A stretch of DNA of 62,351 nucleotides, counting the filler, from Stramenopiles sp. TOSAG23-3 (taxonomy: Eukaryota): NCBI GenBank assembly GCA_900128585.1. It is 7 parts of 7 records of this genome, joined end to end, with 100 filler letters (N's around TTAATTAATTAA, not from the genome) between each part and the next. Parts side by side here need not be neighbours in the genome. Positions count along the whole stretch, not along the records: positions 1 to 14,088 come from LT642589.1; 6 more parts are not named here. One strand, written 5' to 3'. This document shows, one piece after another, positions 1-11,400 of the stretch. The position numbers were made by a program, and so were the translations under genes. The notes beneath the pieces were generated by a model. The model was not told where the DNA came from, searched no databases, and saw only the letters and a list, made by a program, of their open reading frames with translations. The stretch's first letter is position 1; every line of letters begins with the position of its first letter.

Positions 1-234
1 GAAAGCTAAAGATGATTAACAAAACCAGTACGAACAAGTTAAAGAACTAAAACTCTTTATGTATATAAGAGTCTTAGTTCTAGCTGTTATGAAGTATATA
101 CAAGACCGCTTAAATTATATTTAGATTATTTAAAATTATACAAAATGTAAGAGGGGTATATGAATAAGAATTACTTCCTTCCACTGCAGCAATTATTTGC
201 TCGTACTGGACAAGGTGTAAACTTACCGCGCGAG

Positions 235-1683
235 TTACACGTCGGAACTGAACACATGTTCTGTACACAGTCGCCCTTTGCCCCCAAACGACTTTTTCGT
301 GTAGACGACATTGCGGCTTGCTGGTGGGGGGGCGATAGGAACCCTCTGAATGTTCACCTTTGTGAAATTTTCTCCCTCCACGTATCTTGTGCCAGAGCCG
401 CGTTTTGTGAATACTACTTGTTCTTTACCATGTAAGGCATCATAATTCACTCCGTTCAAGTTGTACTTCGTGTCTTCTTGCCTGGTGTTTGGGAGGCCGT
501 CGCCAAACATAAACATTTCTAGGTTTTTGTTTGCACTTTTTCGAGTTTCAAACCTGCCTCCCTTTATACTCCTCTCAACGGCGCTAATTTGCCTCTGGAT
601 TCTACTTTGCTCATACAGCATGGAACCTTTGAACGTCCTAAAGTTAGCAGAGAGCTCCTGGACATTTTCAAGGAGCACATGGAACAAGTTTCTATTCTTT
701 ATAATTGCGTTTTGGAGTTGGGTGTCTTTTAATTCTTGCTTTCTAGAGAGTGCTTCTATTTTTCTCACTTGCAGTATGTGCAAATCACCTACAGCATTAT
801 TGCCCTGCTTCGGCCCTGGTGTTGTTGCCACGGGCGCATCTTCCTTTTTTGCCAATTCGTCTTTGCTGGCACTATCATTGTTTTGTTCTATTTCTCCGTC
901 GCTTTTGGAATTCGACAGTGAAGGCCTCAGCTGTCCTTCAATAATAGCAAAGCGGCTGCCCAAAGAATCAAAAGAAGACATGACGTTGTTAATTTTTGTG
1001 GCAGCCGGTTGCAACTCTATCACCTTCTCTTCCAACTCCTCGATTCGTTTCAGTGTCTTCGTAAGAATATTTTCGTTGTACGTTGTTCGCTTTTTTAATT
1101 GAATTATTGGCCGTGATTTAATAACGTTCGAAACCGTTCGTTTTGTTAAAATTGTCTCTATTTCACACTTTGTAGTTTCTTGCAACGCCTCTATCGCCCC
1201 GTTAATTACCCCAAGTTTAGCTTCAAAATTCGCAACTACACCCTTAAACGAACTGTTATACATCTCGCTCTTCTCTATGATCACGCTAATTCTACTATTC
1301 ATGTCCGATACTTCCTTTTCTAGTTCTGGAATTTTCGTGCATTCCGCACTCGCTTGTTCGACCGACGTTACTCTTGCTGAAATACTCCGCCGTTCTTTCC
1401 TGCCTTCTCTTTGCGCATTCAACAGCGTTTTTAAATCTTCCAGAACCTTTACGTACACCCTGTCCGTAACTTCACTTTTTGACTGAAACTCTATCCTTGT
1501 AATGTAATCGGAATTATCACGACTAGCTGGACGAACCACTTCTTGATCATATTCACCGAGCGATGGAATTTCACTTTCGTAGTCTTGTCTCTCTCTAGTT
1601 TCCGTTTCGGTTGCAGAGTTCAAAGTTGAACTGCTAGCTATACTGCTTATGCGTAAGAAGTCCCGATTCCCACTCGCAAACAT
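235..1683 (-). CDS. Coiled-coil protein of unknown function
   Basis: Long single ORF (track 235..1743, first ATG at 1683). It has heptad-like E/K/L-rich stretches and AT-rich flanks. Confidence 0.7.
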   Translation of the reverse strand: MFASGNRDFLRISSIASSSTLNSATETETRERQDYESEIPSLGEYDQEVVRPASRDNSDYITRIEFQSKSEVTDRVYVKVLEDLKTLLNAQREGRKERRSISARVTSVEQASAECTKIPELEKEVSDMNSRISVIIEKSEMYNSSFKGVVANFEAKLGVINGAIEALQETTKCEIETILTKRTVSNVIKSRPIIQLKKRTTYNENILTKTLKRIEELEEKVIELQPAATKINNVMSSFDSLGSRFAIIEGQLRPSLSNSKSDGEIEQNNDSASKDELAKKEDAPVATTPGPKQGNNAVGDLHILQVRKIEALSRKQELKDTQLQNAIIKNRNLFHVLLENVQELSANFRTFKGSMLYEQSRIQRQISAVERSIKGGRFETRKSANKNLEMFMFGDGLPNTRQEDTKYNLNGVNYDALHGKEQVVFTKRGSGTRYVEGENFTKVNIQRVPIAPPPASRNVVYTKKSFGGKGRLCTEHVFSSDV

Positions 1684-2019
1684 TCTGGAGGGTAGATTTG
1701 TAAACGTTTGGGACTGCAGCGACGTTCGATGGAATCCAATCAAGATCCAAAAATACTAACTCCGTTGAAGAGCTTTGCGCGTTTTTTTCAATGGGGGAAC
1801 GCTTGCTTTGCGGTTTGAACAGTGTTGTTTTGCCGGCAAGAAGGAAGATTTCTCGGTGATATAGGGGAGGAGGGGCGGGGAGGGAGGAGGCGGCTGCTAG
1901 CTGAAGAAAAATAAATTAAAAAAAAGAAGAAGCAGCAGCAGCACCCAAGGTAACGAGGCAGTTTTATTTTATTGCACCGTATTATTATTATTATGAACTT
2001 TGAGTTTCTTATTGAGCCG

Positions 2020-2062
2020 TCCCAGTTCCCAGTTCCCAGTTCCCAGTTCCCAGTTCCCAGTT
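2020..2062. repeat. (TCCCAGT)n heptamer tandem repeat, about 6 copies
   Basis: cccagttcccagttcccagt... is directly visible. Confidence 0.9.
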
Positions 2063-2602
2063 GAAAGTAAAATATTAATACTGTACAGCATCCAGGCACA
2101 AAAACACATTTTAAATACTTGAATACATATAGTCTAATAAACATATAATTACGAGGAAGTGCAAGAACAAGAACACAACAACGTAATGTACAAAAAAAAT
2201 CGAAGGCGATTGTGGATGTTGTGTAGTGTGACGTAGTGGTGTTAAAAAACTTCAATTTTATTTATTAGCAACTCACTCTCCTCTTGGAAAAAATATATAA
2301 AATAATTTAAATAATAATAATACCACAACAACAACTTGCTGGCAAAAGAGAAGTAAATCCTTTTTTTGTTGTACCAATTTATTACGTAGACTACCATACT
2401 TCGTATTTATATATATTTTAGGAGGATGAATACTACTACTCGTATATTTTTAATAATAAATAGTAGATCTCGTCGTACTTTTGTAGTAAGTAACTTTTAT
2501 AGAATCAAGCTCTTGAAACTCTTCCGCGGCGGTGCGTCGACGTGGGGACCCATTCAATTGACACAGACGAGGAAGCTACTGTTACGAATTTCACCAACAA
2601 CC

Positions 2603-3196
2603 TTAAGCGGGAATTCCAGGACCACTATCAGCTCCTTTCATTTGGATCAGAAGTGCTTTCATACGATCTTTTCCTTCCTCTTCGTCCTTACTAGGAAGCA
2701 CGTTTACGAGACTGATCACAGCGGCCCACGGGTTCTTAATATCGTTGACTGATTCCACTTCCTCCAGAAACTTAAGTTGGTCGGAACGATTCTTTGCAAA
2801 CTTAGCTTCCCTGGTCTTTAGCCGCATTGCTTCCATGGCTTTCAGTTCGTTGGAAGCAGATTCTTTCCTGGCGTCTTTGGCAGACCTGCTAACCTTCGCT
2901 TTCTCTTCAAGCTTTTGACGCCACTCTGCGTTCCACTCGGTTAATTTTGAGCACTCATCTTCGGCCGGTTCAATAGCAACTGGCGCTGCAGTTTTTTCTT
3001 CTTCCACAGCTGGTGGAAACGATTCAAACGGGGTCTCTTCTTCTGCAGCTGCAAAAGACTCTTCTTCAGCTTCGTCGTCGTCGTCGTCTACAAAAGTAGC
3101 CTCAGCAACAACTTCATCTCCGTCCCCTGTACCAAAAAAGTCGTCCTGGTTAGTGGTATCTTCTTCAACGCCCCCAAAGATGTCTTCTGAATCCAT
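2603..3196 (-). CDS. CLC: Clathrin light chain
   Basis: Acidic N-terminus (MDSEDIFG...DDFFG), central helix LTEWNAEWRQKLEEK, then KNR..QLKFL, NPWAAVISLV and DRMKALLIQMK. This is the typical clathrin light chain layout. ATG at 3196. Confidence 0.85.
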   Translation of the reverse strand: MDSEDIFGGVEEDTTNQDDFFGTGDGDEVVAEATFVDDDDDEAEEESFAAAEEETPFESFPPAVEEEKTAAPVAIEPAEDECSKLTEWNAEWRQKLEEKAKVSRSAKDARKESASNELKAMEAMRLKTREAKFAKNRSDQLKFLEEVESVNDIKNPWAAVISLVNVLPSKDEEEGKDRMKALLIQMKGADSGPGIPA

Positions 3197-4241
3197 TTTA
3201 ATCAAATCTGCTTGAAAAATTAAGGTCTCAATGTGTATTCCTGTGCATTCGTTGGCATTTGAGCACACGAAACGGATGTTGGCGGAAAGGACGGCCTTTT
3301 TTTGCGTTTCCAATGTAAACAAACAATGGAAGCAGGTATCATCTCCTCACTCTGAGTTAGTTATTATTATAAATTAACTATCATATAGAAGATGTGACAG
3401 AGAGAGAGGCGAGAAGAAGACGAAAAGAAGAAGGAAAAAAAAAATATATTTTTTTTTTTGATATAGATAATTCTGTACTATTTACCTGTATGTATTATTT
3501 ATACAATCTAATCGAAGGACCGGACGGACGGACTACTAATCTTTCTTCTCTTCTTCTTCTTCCTATCGATACAATACGAATAGTATTATTATAAATATTT
3601 GGAAAGATAATAAAATAAAATAATAATAAAAATCGTATTTTATAACTACGAGTTGGTAGTATAGTATAGGTAATTAATTAGCTATTATAATCCCCCCCCA
3701 ACACTAAATTGCTTTTGGCGTTGAAGTAGTTCTTCTTCTTACTTAAATTTTAGTATTGTTTTGTCCTTTTGTACTTAAATATTAGTATAATATATTTCCT
3801 ATCAAATAACATTATTTAGATTTTGTTGTTTGTGTGTTTGTGTGGTGGTGTGTTGTGCTCTTTGTTGTTTTTGTGGTCAAAGTCATTCTTCTTCTTCCAA
3901 TAAAAAAATGCGAACAACGAAAAAACCAAAAAATAATGTTCTTCAAAGAAGAAGTTGAATAGAAGGAACACAGCATTGTTCATCCATCAATATAATTTTA
4001 TTATTATCATCAACGGCGGCGCGCGCAGGGGCGGAAGGGGAGGTATTAGACTTGTTTCTGCGTTTCTGGGTCTTCCTTCGTAGCGATTAATTGTATTTCG
4101 ACACAGAAAACATTCATTCCTAATATGCATCGAAAAGAGAGTGGAAAAGTACGTATTAATCCAAGTCCCTATCTTTCTCGTTCTAGATACCAGGTTTTCT
4201 TTTTGATCTTACAAATAACGCCCGGGTAAGGAGGGAGGACA

Positions 4242-6089
4242 ATGCCAAAGAGGGGGAGAAAGAAAGAGCGCAAGTCTCAAAAGAAGCAGAAGCTCGTCGA
4301 TAATTGGTGCCGCGCGGTAGCAGAACAGTACGGGGGTGCGTTAGAATTTGACGAAGCGGGCTCGGTTAAATCTAGAGGGGCGTATGATCAGTCTCAGTCC
4401 GAGTTGGCTGCTTCTGGTGCAGAAACAACAAGTGACAGGAATCACCTGTCTGTTAGTAAGCTATGGATTGAGAACAGTGCACAACTCTTTAGTTCAAAAC
4501 GAGGCAGCTGGCGCCTGGAGGGCGCCGACAAATCTAAGATGTCCCCAGAGTCTGTTTCAAACCGCCTTGAATTCCTCCCTATGCTCGGGAGCATGACAGA
4601 CGATATGCTGGTGCAGCATTGCATCAGTGTCTTGGTCGACGCCAGGCATTGTGCAAGCAACTTGCAGCACGTCTTGTGGTCACAGGATTGTTTGCTGGGC
4701 TTCACTACTATTTTACAAGAGTGTGATGAGCGAGGTTACATTTTTGACGTGGCGTTGGATCTTGACGCGGTAAACGTTGCGATTGAAACTGCATCGCGAG
4801 AAGGGCTGACACCGACGCGACTTCTTACTGTGATAGGCAAATTAGACGCATTGTTTTTTTCTGCTTCGTACATGCTGCGAGACAAACTTGGCAGGGAAAG
4901 CCTTCAGGCAGCACACCTTGCGTACCTGAAAGGTCACCCTCTTTGTGCGGAATCAGTTGCCTCTTTCAGGAACAAAAAGAAAACATTCTTTCGAAAACTT
5001 GATGCTTCAGTTGCTAAACGCTTTGGTCGTACTTTTGGGCTTAATTTGGAGACCATGCAATGGGATGAAAGTGACAGCGAGAACCCACTCTTGACCATTT
5101 TGCGGTGTGCCTGCGATGAGTCGCTGCGTCTGTTCTCGGGTATTGACGTGCAGGCTGCTTTTATCAGCTTCTTCGGAGATCGTTCCAAAAATGACAGTAA
5201 GAAGGCTGTGGCCAAGCTTGCTGGCGATGCTTCTGCTGCTCTCGGGCCACAGGAAAGGGGTGGTATAGAAGGATATGGTGTAGGTGCCCGAGGCAGGCCA
5301 TTGTGTCCTAGGTTTGTTGAGGAGTGGAGAAATAGCAAACGTGATTGGCCGTGTAGATTTTATGCGTATGCTACACCAAATAAGGAAGCACTTGCCGAGA
5401 TCTGCCAGTTGGGCAGTGTTGTAGAAGTAGGGGCTGGAACCGGGTATTGGTCGCACCTTCTTCGAAAACGTGGTTGCAATGTTGTTGCGTATGATAAACA
5501 TGCGGGCGAAAGTGCAGAAGACAATGCATACCACCGCAAGGCCCCACCATTTATTCCTGACATAAAAATAGGCAACCCAGAAGATCTCGCCAACCATACG
5601 CGGAGCGTTTTATTTTTGTGTTATCCTCCACCGGATTCAAATATGGCCGAAATGTGCTTGCAGTATTACAAAGGTTCTACGGTGGCGTATGTCGGTGAAT
5701 TTCAAGGCACGACTGCAACAAGGGCGTTCGAACGCCGACTTTTATCTGAGTACAAAATTACTCGATCGATTCGAATACCAACGTTTCCCGACCAAATATG
5801 TTCCCTGACCATCTGGGCGCGGCGTGCGAAGACCATTAGCCCATTATCGGACGCAATTTTCCTCGCGTCTTGGCCAATTCGGTGCGTGCGCTGTGGAGCG
5901 CATGGTCACCCCGACATCACACGTTTGTACCGATGCCGTGCTTGCCGACAGAATGTTTACTGTTCTAAGCGTTGCTGCAAATCGGATGCAGCATCCCATC
6001 AATCCGTACACAAAATTCTTAACCTGCAACAAACCGGCTGTACCAAATTTCCAAACTCAAAATACTTTGTTCAAGTTGGAAGCTCCTAA
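4242..6089 (+). CDS. Class I SAM-dependent methyltransferase-like protein with C-terminal MYND-type zinc finger
   Basis: Motif I VVEVGAGTGYW, then VVAYD and LFLCYPP. The C-terminus has CVRC...CRAC..VYCSKRCC....SH..VH. Confidence 0.8.
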   Translation: MPKRGRKKERKSQKKQKLVDNWCRAVAEQYGGALEFDEAGSVKSRGAYDQSQSELAASGAETTSDRNHLSVSKLWIENSAQLFSSKRGSWRLEGADKSKMSPESVSNRLEFLPMLGSMTDDMLVQHCISVLVDARHCASNLQHVLWSQDCLLGFTTILQECDERGYIFDVALDLDAVNVAIETASREGLTPTRLLTVIGKLDALFFSASYMLRDKLGRESLQAAHLAYLKGHPLCAESVASFRNKKKTFFRKLDASVAKRFGRTFGLNLETMQWDESDSENPLLTILRCACDESLRLFSGIDVQAAFISFFGDRSKNDSKKAVAKLAGDASAALGPQERGGIEGYGVGARGRPLCPRFVEEWRNSKRDWPCRFYAYATPNKEALAEICQLGSVVEVGAGTGYWSHLLRKRGCNVVAYDKHAGESAEDNAYHRKAPPFIPDIKIGNPEDLANHTRSVLFLCYPPPDSNMAEMCLQYYKGSTVAYVGEFQGTTATRAFERRLLSEYKITRSIRIPTFPDQICSLTIWARRAKTISPLSDAIFLASWPIRCVRCGAHGHPDITRLYRCRACRQNVYCSKRCCKSDAASHQSVHKILNLQQTGCTKFPNSKYFVQVGSS

Positions 6090-6319
6090 ATAAGACATAA
6101 GTTATGATAGCATAAATTACTTAAGTTACGTTATGGTTTAGAATTTAATGAGATAAAGCACATAATTTATTTCATCTTTACTTACCGTCTGGTGGGTGGT
6201 ACAGTACGCTATGTACTTCGTACCCTTAACTAAATACGAGTAATTACTGAATTAAGAGGGGTACGGTACGATAGTTTTTATGTCAAATGTAAAAAAAATT
6301 AATTGTAAGCGCTTCGCTT

Positions 6320-7579
6320 CTACCAGTCCCATAGATTATTCAAAGAGTTTTCAAGTACTGCCCTGAGATCGCCGGAATAGGGAGGGCAATCGAACTGGTA
6401 CAGTACACGCTTCACACAACGCTTGCTTTTCGAGCTGCCTGTTTTATCGTCCCTATCCAAGGGCAGGGAAGAAACATCCTTGGGACTGGTTTCTACTTTG
6501 CTAATTTCTACACGGTTTGAAGAAATGGAGTTACTTGCTTTCTTGTTGGTGCTTGAGTCGTTATGTAGCAAGTTGTCGCACCGACTGAGCACGAGGGAAG
6601 TTTTTTCCTCTAACGCACTAATGAAACTATCATTTGAAGGACCAGGTGCCTCCGAAGTAGCAGCAGAGGACGACAGCTTTTGTCCCGTCGCGCTGGTAAT
6701 TAACTGGTTTTCATCCAAAACATCATTGCACAGCCCAATAACTTTCAACGCGCGTGAATCAAGATTTGATGAGCTCTGCTCGTTCGATTCGCCGGAAACA
6801 TTTCGGCTTTCGGTACTGGCAAGCTTGCAGGCGCTTGGCGAATATTTTTTGTGCAGTTCCTGCAATCGCTCTAACGATGAGAGGGATGGGGTAGTACACT
6901 CTACCTTCGATTCTCTCGGGGATTCTCGTAAGCGAGCGACAGCTTCTAAACCACTTCCTCTAGCTATGGAGGTCGTAGCTTCCTGTTGAGCAGCAGGCAC
7001 AGTGTCCAGCTCTTGCATTTGTTTTTCCCACCAAAATGACCCTTTCGGTTCTATTTGATTCAATTGTTGCCTTTCTTGAGGGCTCCTGGGCTGTTCGTTT
7101 CGGAAACGGTGAATAAACTTTGCAATAGTTCGGTGCCGGGAGGTGCTGTCTAACGAGTTTGTTATTCCGACATTTCCGGAGGCGCTTCCCTTATTTTTTT
7201 TCCTGCGAGTGCTATGCATGCCCGAAGTTTTGCGAACGGGCAGTTTCCAGCTCAGGTCCGTCTCGCCCTTACTTTTTCCAACAGGTACCTTGCTTCTCTC
7301 CCCCCCACGACCGGACTGTGAAGGACGGTTTGACCTTTCGGACGACCTTGATCGCTGGCCTGGCTGTTTGTTTGTATATACACGCTCGGCAGATTTCGCG
7401 AGCGACGGAGTCCCCGGTCTATCGGTTCTCTTCATTCTATACCCTGCCTTTAATCGTCTCATCCTATCGCTCGGAGCTAATTTTGTTCGAAGCGAACGTT
7501 TCTTCCTGGCACTTGAGTTCTTCTTCTGGCCGACACGGCGCCTCGCAGAAGAGCTTGCTTTCGGAAACAGAGAGCTCAT
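6320..7579 (-). CDS. Ser/Arg-rich disordered protein with a PROSER3-like motif
   Basis: ORF of about 420 aa from the ATG of MSSLFPK. It contains IAKFIHRFRNEQPRSPQER...FWW, which resembles the conserved core of PROSER3-type centrosomal proteins (from recall). Confidence 0.6.
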   Translation of the reverse strand: MSSLFPKASSSARRRVGQKKNSSARKKRSLRTKLAPSDRMRRLKAGYRMKRTDRPGTPSLAKSAERVYTNKQPGQRSRSSERSNRPSQSGRGGERSKVPVGKSKGETDLSWKLPVRKTSGMHSTRRKKNKGSASGNVGITNSLDSTSRHRTIAKFIHRFRNEQPRSPQERQQLNQIEPKGSFWWEKQMQELDTVPAAQQEATTSIARGSGLEAVARLRESPRESKVECTTPSLSSLERLQELHKKYSPSACKLASTESRNVSGESNEQSSSNLDSRALKVIGLCNDVLDENQLITSATGQKLSSSAATSEAPGPSNDSFISALEEKTSLVLSRCDNLLHNDSSTNKKASNSISSNRVEISKVETSPKDVSSLPLDRDDKTGSSKSKRCVKRVLYQFDCPPYSGDLRAVLENSLNNLWDW

Positions 7580-8456
7580 GGTAAAGGTAAAACAGTCCCT
7601 GCTGTGGGTTTCCAATTCAACCAATATCTTACAGTTTCTCGGCCTAGGATATATGTTGACTTTATTTTCTTCTCAGCCTCTAGCATTGGTGTCTTTTTAT
7701 TCATCATTCACAGATACAGCTGTCAAAAAACGAAGAACTAGTAGCAAATGAACAAAAAAAAGGAGTAATCAACACTCCTCTCATCATCATATAACAACAA
7801 AAATAATCCGAAAATAATAATAATTAGACGTCCCTTCTATTATTAAGGTATATATATTTAATCTGCATATTTATCATTATTTATAATATTGACATTGTAT
7901 GTACAAATTATTATTATTACTTGAGGATCATTGTCCTTAATATTTGATGCATAAACTACTAGAAATGATTTTGGTGAATTTTTGTTGTTGTATCAGCTCC
8001 TCCTCCAATACTGTTCCACTGTAGTTGGTAAAGTAATAAGTGTACGGTGGTGTTGTGAGTTCAAATGGAAAAAATGCCGTTGCTGGTTCTATATTTAATT
8101 ATATTTAATAAAAAATTGAAATTAATAAATAAATTTATAAAGAATCTCATCATCAGGTTTTTAAACGTTGAGTTCAGTGACGATGCTGTTCAATGTTGTT
8201 TTTTCTTTCTCGATTTTCCTCATCCGCTCATCAGATCATCAGCTCCTTGCTGCTTCCTCCTCACATGCTTCTTCTGTGGTATAAAATCCTATTGTATACG
8301 TATATAGGTATATAAATAAATACATACATTCATATACATACTGTTCTAGACTGTGTTCTTGTATAATTGTTTCTCCATATTATTTATCATCCTTACATTA
8401 TTGTTCTATCATGTATTATTAAATAGATATATTTAAGGACTTGGTATCATTTGCAA

Positions 8457-11400
8457 CTACTTTTTCGTTCTTCCTATTGGGCTCTTAAATCGATCAAGCA
8501 CTGCTTCGATGGCATCCAAGTCTTCAGCATATTTTGCGGAATCCCATTGATTTGGTTGCTTTGGCTCGCCTTTTGGTAATTGGTTCCCTTCGATTATGTT
8601 TTCTTTGTTTTGACCCTCGTCGTCCGGGTGTGATGCACTCGAAGCTCGGTGCTTGGAAATAGGTATGCTGTCGGCCGAAAGTGCCGGCGGGGACGGCATT
8701 TCAGGTGCCCGGTGGCTAATGGGCCAAGAAATACGGTCCCACTCCGGCGCTTTGAACTCTTTTCCTGACTCGGAGAAGGGCAACGGAATCATGTCTGGTA
8801 TTACTGCATTCTGAAATTTAGAAGAATCTGCTTCAAATTTTTCCATGCTCTCTTTCCAACTGTCCATTGGTATAACCTCGTAGCAAGCGTCCGCGGGAGA
8901 AAGCGGACAGCGGGCATCGATATCTGCATCCTTCTCTTTCATGCAAAGAGCAATAAAACGCGTCACGGTTCCTTCGCTAACATTATGTACAGCTTCAGAC
9001 AAGAGCTCCAGGATTGCCTCGCAGGACAGCTTTATTTTGGCGTCAGAGTGACTTCCTAGCCGTGTTGCGGCATCATAAACCCCTTCCTGCAAAAGCACTG
9101 CCATGCTGCTTTTGTCCAAGGACAAGTAATGAAGCGTGCACAAGCACTCGCGCTGGAGAGGCAAGGATCCAGCATGAAGCAAACGCACTATCAATTTTAC
9201 ACAGTCCCGCTCGATCATTGTATCCCTGTTGTACCCTCGTGAAGAAAGGTAACACATGGACTGTGCCACTAATCGCTTCACTTCTATATCATCGTGGTTT
9301 ATGCAAGTAAGCAACAAATCCAAAATGCCATCTTCTAGAAGCTTCATTTCGTTAGTCGAGGTGCACTTTGAAAAATTTCTGCACGCCATGGCACAATCGC
9401 GACGAATTGCTCCAGAGTTCGAGCCCCCTTTCTCTGAATCGGACAGGATCGATTTCATTGACTGGATAACCCCAGCGTCTATCAATTTTGTATTTTCTTC
9501 GTTGCTGCCCCACGAAACACTCCGAATAATCGCCATTAAGAGATCCCCCGACGAGGCGTCGTGCGCGTCGTTCAATTTCTTGATCAGGTCTATCAGTACA
9601 GGGTCGCAAAGCTTCAGACTCCCTGGTTTTGTCTTCGCAATGTTGTACATAGCATGCATGCACAAAACGTCCGTGTGTGATGATTCGGATGTCCTGAGTA
9701 GGCAGGACATGACACGAAGAACGCCATGGTCGACAATCACAGCGCGCGTGTTCAGATCCTTGGACAATGCATAAAGAGCATCCGAACAAAATTGGCGGGC
9801 AGGTTCGTTTCCAGAGTCAGAAGAAAGTGCGACAAGCAATTTCATCGAATCATGAACTATAGAGGAGCGCGTCGTCTTGTCCGATGTCAGCAGTGCCAAA
9901 ATTGCGCCACTGTTTCGTTTCAGCATGTAGTCGTCACCTGCCACCAATTCCGTTAGTACTCCCAGGACGCCTTCCTGTACCAGTCTCTCTTGGCAATTTT
10001 CAAGGCATATTCTACCAAACGTTTGCCAGCACAATTCTCTCGTTTTCCTGCTGTCCGTGCGCATCAAAGACATTAGAGAATTGATCCCTTTGTCGCTTTC
10101 AATCAAAGTAGCTCTACTTTCATCAGTTTCTACGATCGTTGCAAATGCGGAGGCCGCAGCTTTTTCGAGCAACTCGGAGGGAAGCGTGGCCAGTTGCGTG
10201 AGGCACCAAATAAGTCCTTCTTTCACCATCTCGCTGGCGGTGTTTTCGACAAGCATGTTGACCATGGCCGCGGCACACACTACCTTCGTCTTGGCTGTGT
10301 TGGCTCGAACGAGGGATATTATCATCAACTCCGGCAGCACTTGTTGTTTCATTAGCTCAACCTCGGCCCCAGGGGTACAGGCTAAATTACAGATCACTTT
10401 GACGCAGTTCAACCTTGTCTCTTCAAAGTGAGATGATGACAGCGCAAGCGTGGTTACAACGGCCTGGTCCTGGAGCATTCGTGATCGACACGCAGAGAAA
10501 GCGGAAATATTGCACAAGGTCACGGAACATCTCATTTCAGTATTTGGGTCTTCCAGTCTGGACAACAACGATATTGCAATGCATGCACCAGATTGACACA
10601 TTTTTACAGCGGCGGGTTCAGAAAACGATATTTTACAGAGCAGGGCGCACAGCCATATTTTTGTTTCCCTGTCTTGGGAACTTGCCAGCGAGACCAAAGA
10701 CGAAACGCAATCTTGGGCAATGCGAAGGTGTACATCTGTTTCATGGGCTAAGTACGCCAGGCAAATTGTTGCGTAGCGCTTCGTAGATGTTCCTGGGCAT
10801 TGCAGCAAGGTTCCAAGAACGTGAAAAACCTTGTCTGCCAAGCGAACCATCATGCCACGAGACGATTCTTTTTCGGCCAACACTGACAGGGCCGCAGAGG
10901 CCCTTGCTTGCGCCTGCGGTCCACCCAACTCGGCCATTGCGAGAAATGCGATCAACGCTTCTTCACTTGAAACGGAAACTCTGCTCTTGTGGTCGCCACA
11001 CAGGGTGTAAAGGATACTGGAAATTGTCTCCATCACTTCCTCCGACTGCGTCCGTAGGCTGGGAAGGAGTGCATGTACCGCTTCCTTTTCTATTGCGTAC
11101 TTTCTACACCTCGCGTCCTCCAGCAGATTACAGAGAAAATTGATACAATTTTTTTCTGTGAGAGACGTTTGAACATTCTTTTGCTGGTTCACTAAAACTT
11201 TAATGACAACTTGCACTGCTTCACTTTTTACCAACAGAAATTTATTGTTGGCAGCTTGCGAAAGCGATTTCAAAGCGGTTGTGCAACGTAGCCAGGACTC
11301 TTCGTCTTCTGCATGCGACAACGAAAGGATAATGGGCAAAATTTTCTGTGTCGTGTCGGTGTCCTTCGAATGTCTGCATAAATTCGACAGGGCAACGATC

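Noticed and set aside
235-237. Stop-codon reassignment or readthrough
   Set aside because: TAA, TAG and TGA all terminate recognisable proteins at expected positions (HSP10, QTRT2, sphingosine kinase). The standard code fits.
2020-2062. (AACTGGG)n as a telomeric repeat
   Set aside because: It is short and interstitial, and the unit differs from TTAGGG/TTTAGGG. It is best treated as a minisatellite.
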